From NCBI GenBank assembly GCA_963668315.1, contig OY764216.1, forward strand, positions 1,152,001 to 1,216,000: DNA of 64,000 bases, in the 5' to 3' direction. Below are positions 1 to 9,664 of this stretch, one piece after another. A program made the position numbers and the translations under genes. The notes below the pieces were generated by a model that was given only the letters and a program-made list of their open reading frames with translations, searched no databases and had not been told where the DNA came from. The stretch is from Spirochaetia bacterium. GTDB taxonomy: Bacteria > Spirochaetota > Spirochaetia > DSM-2461. Every line of letters starts with the position of its first letter. The first letter of the stretch is position 1.

Positions 1-147
1 AAGTACATATATGTAGTGTTTTCCAAGAGGTAAAATATGTGTTTATTAAACGAAATAAGAAGGGAAAGAGGGAAATCCTACGATTTTTACTCTTTCCTTA
101 CCCGTCATACACGAATGTGATGCCCGGGAAGGAAAGGATTGGTTTAT

Positions 148-1311
148 TTATCTGAAAGCCTTTGACAGAATCTCTTCTGTATCCTTCGGTGCCAGAGTCT
201 TTCTGTCCATACCGAATAAGCCTCCCATCGCATCATGGGCATTCCGGGCCAGGACGGGAATTTCATCCCTGCCGATTCCGTATTCGGACATTTTAAGATT
301 ATCTACACGGCACTCTTCCTGCATTTTCTTCAGGGCCCGCAGGAAGCCGTGGGCGGATGCCTCCTCTCCCATCACCTGGCCCATAACGGCGAGACGTTCC
401 GGGCAGACCTGCGCGAACGTCTCGAAGTAGGAGAGACTGAGCATGATCAAACCGGCTCCGTGGGGCAGTTCGGGATGATAGGCGCTCAGGGCATGTTCCA
501 TGGAGTGTTCCGATGTACAGGACGACGTGGATTCCACCATACCCGACAGGGTATTGGCCAGAGCCACGTAGCTGCGTGCTTCCAGATCGGATCCGTCGGC
601 CACGGCGCGGGGGAGGTAGCTGCTCAGCAGTTCGATGCTTTTAAGGGCATAGGCGTCGCTCACCGGGGTGGCTATGGTGGCAATATATCCCTCCGCGGCA
701 TGGAAAAAGGCGTCGAAGCCCTGATAGGCTGTCAGATGGGGAGGAACGGATGTCATGAGTTCCGGATCGATGATGGAGAGAGCCGGATAGGTATCGTCCG
801 TTCCGAAACCGATTTTCTCCTTCGTCTCCAGATTGGTGATGACGGTCCAGGGGTCGGCCTCCGTACCCGTGCCGGCGGTCGTCGTTATGGCAACAACAGG
901 CAGAGCGCCGTTGGGCACCGGCAGACCTTTTCCGGTTCCGCCGAAAATGTAGTCCCAGTAGTCACCGGGGTTTTTCGCCATGACGGCGATGCTCTTGGCC
1001 GAGTCGATACTGCTTCCCCCTCCCAGACCCAGGACGAAATCACAGTTCTCTTTCTTTGCCAGAGCGGCTCCTTCCATGACATGGTCCTTGATGGGATTGG
1101 GGAGAATCTTGTCAAATACCACCGAATCGGCTCCGTTCTTTTTCAGGAGAGCCTCTACACGGTCCAGATAACCGTACTTTCTCATGGAGGTTCCCGAGGA
1201 AATAACGATCAGGGCTTTCCTGCCGGGCAGGGCGGCGTTTCCGAGTTCTTCCAGCTTTCCGGCACCGAAAATCAATCTGGTGGGAATACGGTAATCAAAA
1301 CTTACTGACAT
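148..1311 (-). CDS. Iron-containing alcohol dehydrogenase
   Basis: GLGGGSSID, TTAGTGTE, DAFFHAAE and HSMEH...HGAG motifs; start moved to ATG 1311 downstream of a GAGGAG RBS. Confidence 0.92.
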   Translation of the reverse strand: MSVSFDYRIPTRLIFGAGKLEELGNAALPGRKALIVISSGTSMRKYGYLDRVEALLKKNGADSVVFDKILPNPIKDHVMEGAALAKKENCDFVLGLGGGSSIDSAKSIAVMAKNPGDYWDYIFGGTGKGLPVPNGALPVVAITTTAGTGTEADPWTVITNLETKEKIGFGTDDTYPALSIIDPELMTSVPPHLTAYQGFDAFFHAAEGYIATIATPVSDAYALKSIELLSSYLPRAVADGSDLEARSYVALANTLSGMVESTSSCTSEHSMEHALSAYHPELPHGAGLIMLSLSYFETFAQVCPERLAVMGQVMGEEASAHGFLRALKKMQEECRVDNLKMSEYGIGRDEIPVLARNAHDAMGGLFGMDRKTLAPKDTEEILSKAFR

Positions 1312-1417
1312 AGTTTTTTCTCCTCTATACATTAGAATACCAGCAAAAGGGGAGAAAGGGTTTTTTTTTCTGTTTTTTTTTGCCGCCTGTGTTATGCTAA
1401 TCCCCGGAGAAACGGAT

Positions 1418-2413
1418 ATGATTATTAAAACGACTTCCTATCCCCGGGCGGCCCTGATCGGGAACCCTTCGGACGGATATTTTGGAAAGACCATCGCCTT
1501 TACCTACGGAAACTTTCAGGCGGATATTACCCTTTATCCCACCGATGAACTTCGCATACTGCCGGGGCAGAGAGACGTTTCCCGCTACGGCGGAATAGCG
1601 GCTTTGAGTGATGACGTCAAGCATTTCGGGTACTACGGCGGCGTCCGCCTTATCAAGGCGGCCATCAGGAAATTCTACCTCTGGTGCCAGGAGCATTACA
1701 AGCCGCTCCATGACCGGAACTTTACCATCCGCTACCACTCCAATATTCCCCTCCATCTGGGCATGGCCGGTTCGAGCGCCATCGTAACGGCCGTTATGAG
1801 GGCTCTTCTGGAGTACTATAAAGTGGAGATTCCCCAGCCCCTTCTGGCGAACCTTATCCTTTCGGTTGAGACGGAGGAGCTTTCCATCGGGGCGGGGCTT
1901 CAGGACCGGGTGGCCCAGGTTTACCGGGGCATAACCTACATGGATTTCGACAAGACCCATATGGATGAAAAGGGCTACGGGATTTACGAACCGCTGAAAA
2001 TCCCCGGGGATCTGCTTCTCTATATCGCTTATAAAAGGGATAATTCCGAGGGTTCCGAGGTGGTTCATAATGATCTCCGCTACCGTTATGACAAGGGAGA
2101 CAAGGACGTTCATAAAGCCATGGAAAAGTTCGGCCGTATCACGCTGGATTTCAGAAAAGCCCTGAATGACAAGGATTATGAGTCCATTCACCAGCTTATG
2201 AATGCCAACTTCGACCTGCGCCGGCAGATAATGCACGTTTCGAAGGAAAACCTGAGAATGGTCGAACTGGCCCGATCCGCCGGGGCTTCCGCTAAATTCA
2301 CGGGAAGCGGCGGTGCCGTTATCGGAACCTGCCCCGATAAAAACGTCCTGGAGAATCTGAAGAAGACTTTAAGCGGGGAAGGAATCGATCTGATTATCCC
2401 CCGCATCGTATAA
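1418..2413 (+). CDS. GHMP kinase, glucuronokinase-like
   Basis: GNPSDGY, GYYGGVRL, NIPxxxGMAGSSA, LQDRVAQVY and KFTGSGG motifs as recalled from plant glucuronokinase; GGAGA RBS before ATG 1418. Confidence 0.8.
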   Translation: MIIKTTSYPRAALIGNPSDGYFGKTIAFTYGNFQADITLYPTDELRILPGQRDVSRYGGIAALSDDVKHFGYYGGVRLIKAAIRKFYLWCQEHYKPLHDRNFTIRYHSNIPLHLGMAGSSAIVTAVMRALLEYYKVEIPQPLLANLILSVETEELSIGAGLQDRVAQVYRGITYMDFDKTHMDEKGYGIYEPLKIPGDLLLYIAYKRDNSEGSEVVHNDLRYRYDKGDKDVHKAMEKFGRITLDFRKALNDKDYESIHQLMNANFDLRRQIMHVSKENLRMVELARSAGASAKFTGSGGAVIGTCPDKNVLENLKKTLSGEGIDLIIPRIV

Positions 2414-2463
2414 ACAAGGAAATGTGCGGCAGGAAAGATCCGGTTCCGCACGAAGGAGTACTC

Positions 2464-3336
2464 ATGGTTAAAAAAGCCGTCATTCCCGCCGCGGGATTCG
2501 GGACCCGGTTCCTGCCCGCCACGAAAAGCCAGCCCAAAGAGATGCTGCCCATTGTGGATACCCCGACCATACAGTATGTGGTTCAGGAGGCGATTGATGC
2601 GGGTATCACCGATATCCTGCTCATCATCGGAAGGGGAAAGAGAACCCTGGAAGAATATTTCAGCATCAACTATGAACTGGAAGATCAGCTCCGGGAAAAA
2701 AAGAAGCAGGCCGAACTGGACCTGATTAATTTTCTCCCCTCCCATGTGGCCGTTCACTTTATCTGGCAGCATGAGCAGAACGGTCTGGGCGACGCGATCA
2801 AGTATGCCCGCCACCATGTGGGCGACGAGCCTTTTGCCGTGCTTCTGGGAGACACGGTTCTTGAGTCATTCACCGGCAAACCGGTGACCCGCCATCTCAT
2901 CGATGTATACGACCGATACGAAGAGGGCGTTTTCGCCCTGGAAGAGGTGGCCCCCGAACTGGTCAGCCGCTACGGTGTTATCGACGGGGAAGACCTGGGA
3001 CAGGGAATCTTCAAAATCGCCGACATGGTGGAGAAGCCTGCCATGGATGAAGCCCCGTCCAATCTGGTCGTGGCGAGCCGTTATGTCCTTCCCCCGGAGA
3101 TTTTCACCGCCCTCGATGTGGTGGAACCGGGCAAGGGCGGGGAGATTCAGCTTACCGATGCCCTTCGCCTGCTTATGAAAGATCAGCCCATGTACGGCTA
3201 CAGAATAGACGGTATCCGCCATGATATGGGGAACAAACTGGAGTTTCTGAAAACCAATATTCATTACGGGCTTAAGCATAAGGACCTGGCCGAAGGGCTT
3301 AAGGATTATCTGAGAGAGCTGGTCAAGACATTCTGA
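2464..3336 (+). CDS. galU: UTP--glucose-1-phosphate uridylyltransferase family
   Basis: KAVIPAAGFGTRFLPATKSQPKEMLP, VEKP and GGEIQLTDA motifs; AAGGAG RBS. Confidence 0.88.
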   Translation: MVKKAVIPAAGFGTRFLPATKSQPKEMLPIVDTPTIQYVVQEAIDAGITDILLIIGRGKRTLEEYFSINYELEDQLREKKKQAELDLINFLPSHVAVHFIWQHEQNGLGDAIKYARHHVGDEPFAVLLGDTVLESFTGKPVTRHLIDVYDRYEEGVFALEEVAPELVSRYGVIDGEDLGQGIFKIADMVEKPAMDEAPSNLVVASRYVLPPEIFTALDVVEPGKGGEIQLTDALRLLMKDQPMYGYRIDGIRHDMGNKLEFLKTNIHYGLKHKDLAEGLKDYLRELVKTF

Positions 3337-3402
3337 CCGGAAGACGGCCATCACAGGTCCGCCGGCGTATAATAAATATTCCCATGTAATAAAGAGGTTG
3401 CC

Positions 3403-4806
3403 GTGTTCGAAAAAAGCGTATATATAGAGCGTAGACAAAAACTGATGAACCGTATGGGGAGCGGGCTGATTCTCCTTTTAGGCAACGGAGACTCGCCCCG
3501 GAATTTCCGGGACAACGCCTATTCCTTCCGTCAGGACAGCAGTTTCCTCTACTACTTCGGTCTGAACCACAGCGGTTTTGACGGTCTTCTGGACTGCGAG
3601 TCGGGAGAAGTCTCCCTTTTCGCCGATGATCTGACCATCGATGATTATGTCTGGACCGGAGTCCAGCCCACCGTGGCCGATCTGGCCCGTACGAGCGGAG
3701 TGGACAGAGCTTTCACTTCCGACAAACTGCCGGCTCTGATCGACGGAGCCCTCTCCGCCGGTCGGACGATCCATACGCTCCCCCCCTACAGGGCGGAGCA
3801 CAGCCTTAAACTGGGGCGGCTCTTTCATCGGAATCCGGCGGTTGATTCTTTCGAGGCTTCGCGGGCTCTTATTGAAGCCGTGGCGGACCAGAGAAACCAT
3901 AAGGAAGATCGGGAAATTGAAGAGATCGTAAAGGCGGTCGACGTAAGCGTGGATATGCACTGTGCGGCCATGAGACTCTGCCGTCCCGGGATTACCGAGG
4001 CGGCCATTGCGGCGGAAGTGGAAAGAACCGCCCGGGCTCAGGGGATGGAGTCGGCCTTTACCGTTATCGCCACAAAAAACGGGCAGACCCTTCACAACCA
4101 TTATTACGGAAATACCCTGGCCGAGGGAGATCTTTTTCTCCTCGACGCCGGAGCGGAGACCGCCCGCGGCTATGCGGGGGATCTCTCCAGCACCGTTCCC
4201 GTGGGCGGACGTTTCACCCCCCGTCAGCGGGAGATTTACGATCTGTCGCTCCGGGCCCATGACCGGGCCATTGAACTGCTGGCGCCGGGAGTGTCCTTTG
4301 TTTCTGTTTATTATGAGTCCGCCCGGGTTATCGTGGAGGGGCTGAAAGATCTGGGAATCATGAAAGGTTCCGTACAGAGTGCTCTGGAACAGGGCGCCCA
4401 CGCCATGTTTTTCCCCTGCGGCCTCGGCCATCTCATGGGGCTGGACGTGCATGATATGGAGAACCTGGGCGAAGAGATTGTAGGGTACGGCGGCAAGGAG
4501 AAATCCGCCCAGTTCGGGCTGAAATCCCTGCGGCTGGGCCGTGAGCTGGAACCGGGATTCGTCCTCACCATTGAGCCGGGAATTTATTTCATCCCCGAGC
4601 TCATGGATTTATGGTCCTCCCGCGGCCTGCATAGGGAATTCATCGATTACACCGAACTGAACAAATACCGGGACTTCGGCGGTATCAGGAATGAGGAGAA
4701 CTTCCTCATTACCGGGAACGGGGCCGAGCGTCTGGGAAAAGAGAAGCCCAAGACGGCGGAGGATGTGGAGGCTATAACAGGTTCCGGATCTCTTCAAGCC
4801 GGCTGA
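3403..4806 (+). CDS. pepP: Xaa-Pro aminopeptidase (M24B)
   Basis: FRQDSSFLYY N-domain; LLDAG, GHLMGLDVHD, TIEPGIYF and GIRNEE metal motifs; GTG start. Confidence 0.9.
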   Translation: MFEKSVYIERRQKLMNRMGSGLILLLGNGDSPRNFRDNAYSFRQDSSFLYYFGLNHSGFDGLLDCESGEVSLFADDLTIDDYVWTGVQPTVADLARTSGVDRAFTSDKLPALIDGALSAGRTIHTLPPYRAEHSLKLGRLFHRNPAVDSFEASRALIEAVADQRNHKEDREIEEIVKAVDVSVDMHCAAMRLCRPGITEAAIAAEVERTARAQGMESAFTVIATKNGQTLHNHYYGNTLAEGDLFLLDAGAETARGYAGDLSSTVPVGGRFTPRQREIYDLSLRAHDRAIELLAPGVSFVSVYYESARVIVEGLKDLGIMKGSVQSALEQGAHAMFFPCGLGHLMGLDVHDMENLGEEIVGYGGKEKSAQFGLKSLRLGRELEPGFVLTIEPGIYFIPELMDLWSSRGLHREFIDYTELNKYRDFGGIRNEENFLITGNGAERLGKEKPKTAEDVEAITGSGSLQAG

Positions 4807-5464
4807 TCTCGTAGGTGGGGGAAGCCGTCCCGTCATTGAGCAGCTCGTCCGGGTTGAACCAGCAGCTGTCTATGCCGAAGGCATCGGCTCCCGCCATGTC
4901 GGATGTCAGACTGTCGCCTATCATCAATACTTCATCCTTGCGGTAATCATAGCCTTCCATGGCCTTTTCAAAGTAGGCGGGGAGAGGTTTTTGAAAGCCG
5001 ATTTCCTGGGAGATCGCCAGCCGGTCGAAATGTCCCTTCAAGCCCGCTCTGGTCAGTCTGCCTCTCTGAATACGAGCCAGGCCGTTGGTCGCCAGAATGA
5101 GAATATACTTCCCCCTGAGGTAATCAAGAAACTCCCGCCCCCCCTCGATGAGGAAGTCCCCTTCCTCGAGCCGGGACAGATAGTATTCTCCCATCTCTTC
5201 AGGGGACAGGGCGGGTTTTTCCCTCTTCCCCAGCTCCCCGCACAGCGCCGAAAAACGGGCGGCGTTGATTTTTCCGGGATCCATCGTTCCCTCCTCCAGC
5301 ATCTCCCAGGCTTTCCTGTTCTCCTCCAGGAAGGTGTTTATGAAAAGATCCCTGTCCTTCCACCCTATATAGTCTATTGTTTTATTCAATGCCCGCATCT
5401 CTGACTTCTTGAAGTCCAGAAATGTTCCGTCCGCATCTATTAAAAGGTATTTATACTGTTTCAT
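4772..5464 (-). CDS. HAD hydrolase, YjjG-family pyrimidine nucleotidase
   Basis: DADGTFLDF, TNG, KP and IGDSLTSDMAG HAD motifs; start at ATG 5464. Confidence 0.85.
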   Translation of the reverse strand: MKQYKYLLIDADGTFLDFKKSEMRALNKTIDYIGWKDRDLFINTFLEENRKAWEMLEEGTMDPGKINAARFSALCGELGKREKPALSPEEMGEYYLSRLEEGDFLIEGGREFLDYLRGKYILILATNGLARIQRGRLTRAGLKGHFDRLAISQEIGFQKPLPAYFEKAMEGYDYRKDEVLMIGDSLTSDMAGADAFGIDSCWFNPDELLNDGTASPTYEISRLEEIRNLL

Positions 5465-5690
5465 AGGAGTACTGTAGACTATCGGGGACTTCGGGGCAAG
5501 TCCGTCCTCCCGGCCTCCGCCATCATTATTACGGCAGGGAAAGGGCAAAAAAAACACAAGCTTCACAGGATCATCACGGAGAGGAAAAAAAACGCTCTTT
5601 TTTTTAAATTTTCATTCATTTCTCACGTTAAGAAAAGTGAAATGTTTGACGGTTTATGCTCTTCGTGCTACATTGTAATGGGAGTGTAAC

Positions 5691-7091
5691 ATGAAGAATG
5701 TTTTATATGCTTTTATGATCTTATTGGCAACTCTTTTTCTGTTTGCCGGCTGTGGCTCCGAACCGGAAACCACAGAGGAAGTTACAGAGGAACCCGCCGT
5801 TGTCACCCCTGAAGAAACGGCTCCTCCCGTTGAAGAGGCCGCAGTGAAGGAACCGGAACCGGAGCCTGTCGACCTTTCATTTCTTGACGATGCGGAAGCA
5901 GCGCTTCTCAGAGCAGGAGAAGTAGGCGCCGCGGAATTCCATCCCGACCGTTTTAACGATCTGGCCGTGGAACTGGAAGATATCAAGGCTCTGGCTGAAA
6001 CCGATCCGGAAAGCGCCAAAGAGAGAAGCGACGCTCTTATTGCCGCCGCCAATAAGCTCTATGACGATTCCCTCGTCTCCGTCAGGGATTATTATTCTGC
6101 TCAGATGGACAAAATGGATAAGACGCTTCTTGAGATGGAAGCGGATAAATACGCCGCCAAATCCTGGGCTCTCACGGTTATCATGAGAGAGGATACGGAA
6201 AAGAAATTTCTTGAAGGCGACTACAGCGGCGCCCGTTTCGCCTACCGTGAAACCATGACGGCCAAGCAGAGTCTCAAAGACGGGCTCGAGAACAACATAG
6301 CCTGGATAAATATCCTGATCCGCGACACCGAAATGTATCTGTCCGATGCGGAAGATCTGGAAGCCTATATCTGGGCCGAAGATGAGCTGGACAGGGCCGA
6401 CGGGCTCCTGGAGGAAGGACGGGTTCATTACGCCGATTACGATCTGAAGGCGGCTGAGAAATCCCTTCTCGAAGCAAAGGCCATTGCCCGGCAGATTGCT
6501 CAGGGCGGCGGCAGGATGCAGCAGATTAATAAAACCGACTCTCTCCTCGTTGATGTCATGAAAGCCATTGAGAATGCTTCCAACATGACCATCGTTGATG
6601 AAGAGGGCAATATTATCGATCCTAATCCCTGGAAGGGCGAGGATTACCTCCAGCAGAATCCTCTGAAGGAACTCAAGAACGATGTGGAGAAAGAGGAGGA
6701 GGAGAGTAACCTCAAGGATTACGTCCCCGCCGACGGTTCCACCGATGTCATGGGCGAAGATGAAGAAGCCGACACCAGTTACCTCCTTACCGCCCAGAAA
6801 CTATGGGAAAAAGGGGTCGAAGCCCGTAATGCCGAGAATCTGGAGCTGGCGAATGAGTACTTCCACCAGGCGAAGATTTTCGTTGAAGCTTACCAGAGCA
6901 ATGCGGTGAGCGACTTCTATACGGTTGTCGGTCGCCAGGTCGATACGGATTGTCTGTGGCGTATCTCCGAATATGATTTTGTCTATGATAATCCTTTTCT
7001 CTGGCCGAAAATCTGGAGAAGAAATAAAAGGCTTATTCAGAATCCCGACTTGATCTATCCCGGACAGGTATTGATCATTCCCCCCAAATGA
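5691..7091 (+). CDS. Lipoprotein with helical body and C-terminal LysM peptidoglycan-binding domain
   Basis: Lipobox FAGC; C-terminal DCLWRIS...NPFLWPKIW..N...IQNPDLIYPGQVLIIP. Confidence 0.85.
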   Translation: MKNVLYAFMILLATLFLFAGCGSEPETTEEVTEEPAVVTPEETAPPVEEAAVKEPEPEPVDLSFLDDAEAALLRAGEVGAAEFHPDRFNDLAVELEDIKALAETDPESAKERSDALIAAANKLYDDSLVSVRDYYSAQMDKMDKTLLEMEADKYAAKSWALTVIMREDTEKKFLEGDYSGARFAYRETMTAKQSLKDGLENNIAWINILIRDTEMYLSDAEDLEAYIWAEDELDRADGLLEEGRVHYADYDLKAAEKSLLEAKAIARQIAQGGGRMQQINKTDSLLVDVMKAIENASNMTIVDEEGNIIDPNPWKGEDYLQQNPLKELKNDVEKEEEESNLKDYVPADGSTDVMGEDEEADTSYLLTAQKLWEKGVEARNAENLELANEYFHQAKIFVEAYQSNAVSDFYTVVGRQVDTDCLWRISEYDFVYDNPFLWPKIWRRNKRLIQNPDLIYPGQVLIIPPK

Positions 7092-8623
7092 AGGTTGTCG
7101 TAGTACAGCCTTCCCTTGAAGATTTCTATACGACCCCCCATCGTCTATCGGCGATGGGGGGCTTTTCAATTAAGGCGCTTCTTGAAAAGCAGGGCCATTC
7201 GGTAACCCTGTTGAATTTTCCCCTTATCCCCAAAAAACCCCGGCGTAAACCGCTGCCCGAATGGGCTGGGCACCTTACCCCCCATCTCCTGGAGGAAAAG
7301 GGGCCCGTAAGCTATTTTTCCCGATGGTATCGCTGGGGGGCCGAGCCGGAAGAAGCCGCCCGCCTTATCCATGATGAAAATCCCGGGCTCATCCTTATCT
7401 CCCTTTTCGCCCATGCCTATGGTGAAGAAGTTTTTTCCCTGGCCCGGGCGTGCAAGGCTTTTACCGGCGATAAGGACTCCGTTCCAGTCTTTGCCGGAGG
7501 AGCCGGCGTGACTGTCCGGCCTGAACTGTTTACAGTTGATCCGCATATAGATCTTGTCCTGGCCGGGGAAGGGGAAGTGCTTTTTAAGGATTACTCTTTG
7601 GCCGAGTTGATCCTTATGGCAGGAAAGGGAAAGAGACTGATTCGGGCCGATCGCTACTGTTCCTCCGATGAAATGGTTCCTCTCTTCTCCGTTACGGGAG
7701 GGGGAAAGACCCATGTTCAGGCCGCCTCTCTCCTCTCCCGGGGCTGCCCGAGGGGCTGCCGTTTCTGTTCTAACCGCCTGACCCAGGGAGAGCGGGTCAG
7801 AAGGCTGGACGAAGAAACTGTTCTTGAGGGTTTTGAATGCCTTCTCCGCAGCCCTCAGTTAGGAAGAGAAAAAAAGCTGACCCTGGACCTGGAAGATGAC
7901 AATCTGCTGATGAACAAACAATATTTCCTCCGTCTTCTCCGGGAGTTCAGAAAACGCTGGGTTAGCGACGGGCGTCCGGAAGAAAATTTGTTCTTTACGG
8001 CGGAGAACGGCATGGATTATGAACTTCTGACACGGGAAATACTGGAGGAACTGGTTTCTTCTGGTTTCCGGCAGTTCAATTTTTCCCTGGCATCGGCCGA
8101 TAAGAAACTTCTGGCCCGGGAAAATCGCTTTTTCCACCCCGGGAAACTGGGGGAGCATCTGGACTATCTGAAGCAAGGGAGTATTCCGTCGGTAACCTAT
8201 TTTATCTGCGGTCTGGAAGGAGACTCAAGAGAATCCGCGGCGGAAGCCCTTTTTCTGCTCGATTCCCTACCGACAAGGCTGGGTATCTCTCTGTTTTATC
8301 CCGTTCCCGGACTGGAAGGCTTTACCGGCACTGACCCCCTCAAGGGAAATCCTCCGGGGCTGGCCAGGGGAAGCATGGCTTATCCCTGGAACGGTTCTCT
8401 CTCTACTCTAACCCTTGTGACAGCCTTCAGGCTCTCCCGTTTCATCAACCTGCTCAAGGATGAAAGAGCCTTTAGGGACCATGGTGATTTGATTGACCTG
8501 ATACGCAGAGAGAATAGGCTTTATACCTATGACCTTCAGGGAAAAAAAATCCCCGTACCTGAACAGGACGGGGAACTTGTCTCACTTGTGCTGGGAAGTC
8601 TTACTTATCAACGAAGCTGTTAA
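7088..8623 (+). CDS. B12-binding-domain radical SAM protein
   Basis: SRGCPRGCRFC (CxxxCxxC), N-terminal cobalamin-binding-like segment, GEGE and EDDN motifs; ATGA overlap with upstream gene. Confidence 0.82.
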   Translation: MKVVVVQPSLEDFYTTPHRLSAMGGFSIKALLEKQGHSVTLLNFPLIPKKPRRKPLPEWAGHLTPHLLEEKGPVSYFSRWYRWGAEPEEAARLIHDENPGLILISLFAHAYGEEVFSLARACKAFTGDKDSVPVFAGGAGVTVRPELFTVDPHIDLVLAGEGEVLFKDYSLAELILMAGKGKRLIRADRYCSSDEMVPLFSVTGGGKTHVQAASLLSRGCPRGCRFCSNRLTQGERVRRLDEETVLEGFECLLRSPQLGREKKLTLDLEDDNLLMNKQYFLRLLREFRKRWVSDGRPEENLFFTAENGMDYELLTREILEELVSSGFRQFNFSLASADKKLLARENRFFHPGKLGEHLDYLKQGSIPSVTYFICGLEGDSRESAAEALFLLDSLPTRLGISLFYPVPGLEGFTGTDPLKGNPPGLARGSMAYPWNGSLSTLTLVTAFRLSRFINLLKDERAFRDHGDLIDLIRRENRLYTYDLQGKKIPVPEQDGELVSLVLGSLTYQRSC

Positions 8624-9650
8624 GGTAGGAGTTGAACTGCCTTCCGAACTCCTTGTTAATCGTCTTTTTCACATCGGTATTTACCCGGGACAGGGCGGCC
8701 GATTCCGACGTGGAGGCGGAGATGTCGCTCTCATTTACCGAGAGAATCACATTACCCTTCTCGTCGACAATATCTATCACCAGATACCATTTGAAGTTTT
8801 CATAATCGTTACTGCGGGCCACTTTTTCCGTCCGCACCGAACCTTTGACCGCGATATCTCCGCCCGGGGAAACGGAAAAGCCCATATCCGTCAGAGATTC
8901 GGACAGAACCGATGCGGCGTTTCCGCCGTCGTCCCCTTCAAACTCCATCCGAAAGGACATATCTCCTGCGGCGTCGGTCCTATTGTCTCTCAGGGATTGA
9001 AGATCATAACCCATTCCGGCCACGCGGGCGGCGGAGGGTGAGATAATCTCCAGCTGCTCCCTCATGACCTCATTGCCCATGGCTATGATATAGGCCGAAT
9101 CGTAGTAGGCGTAGCGGGAGAGTTTCGAGTCGGCCTTGTCTCCGTTGGAAATAAGCCGGTTGAGAACCTGGGACTGCTCATTCATTCTGGATTTGTAAAG
9201 GTCCGCCGTCTCTTTGCGGTTCAGATAGGCGGCGACGATAACAGTACCCATGCTGTCCGTCCAGGACTCGCCGTATTTCATATTCATCAGCGTCTGGTCA
9301 CTCAGCTGGGAAATCTTATCGGTGACCGAGGTTTCCTCCGTGCTTCCCGCAAAAGCACCGGATGCCCGCATTTCCACAAAGCGGCTCTCCACGGTACTGT
9401 CCACGACTATGCGGCTCTCGAATATCAGGGCCATATTGGATGCCGCCTTGGCCTGGGCCTTTGAAAGGCTGTCGCCATCACCGAGCACGGCAAGGTACTC
9501 GTCTTCGGGATAGGCGGAATGGATATCGGTTACCCAGTCGGGCTGCTTTCCCTTGCTGCCGGAGGATGATCCGGAAGCCGAAGGGGATGATGCGCATCCC
9601 GCCAGTAATAAGATCAGGAGCAGCGCTCCCGGTATGATTGCGTTTTTCAT
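8601..9650 (-). CDS. LPP20-family lipoprotein
   Basis: Lipobox LAGC; PDWV...YLAVLGDG...AQAKA pattern. Confidence 0.7.
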   Translation of the reverse strand: MKNAIIPGALLLILLLAGCASSPSASGSSSGSKGKQPDWVTDIHSAYPEDEYLAVLGDGDSLSKAQAKAASNMALIFESRIVVDSTVESRFVEMRASGAFAGSTEETSVTDKISQLSDQTLMNMKYGESWTDSMGTVIVAAYLNRKETADLYKSRMNEQSQVLNRLISNGDKADSKLSRYAYYDSAYIIAMGNEVMREQLEIISPSAARVAGMGYDLQSLRDNRTDAAGDMSFRMEFEGDDGGNAASVLSESLTDMGFSVSPGGDIAVKGSVRTEKVARSNDYENFKWYLVIDIVDEKGNVILSVNESDISASTSESAALSRVNTDVKKTINKEFGRQFNSYLNSFVDK

Positions 9651-9664
9651 TGTCACTACCTCGC

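Noticed and set aside
148..1311. Fe-ADH as a malonate semialdehyde reductase for the inositol pathway
   Set aside because: No linkage or shared motif with the iol locus, and the family is too promiscuous to assign.
1361..1381. Two T9 tracts in a divergent promoter as a phase-variation switch
   Set aside because: Similar A/T runs occur in several intergenic regions here (about 5590, 11785, 54475), so they look like ordinary promoter composition.
1418..2413. Link between the glucuronokinase-like gene and inositol through a plant-like MIOX route
   Set aside because: No myo-inositol oxygenase is seen, the gene is 25 kb from the iol locus, and I saw no iol promoter motif upstream of it.
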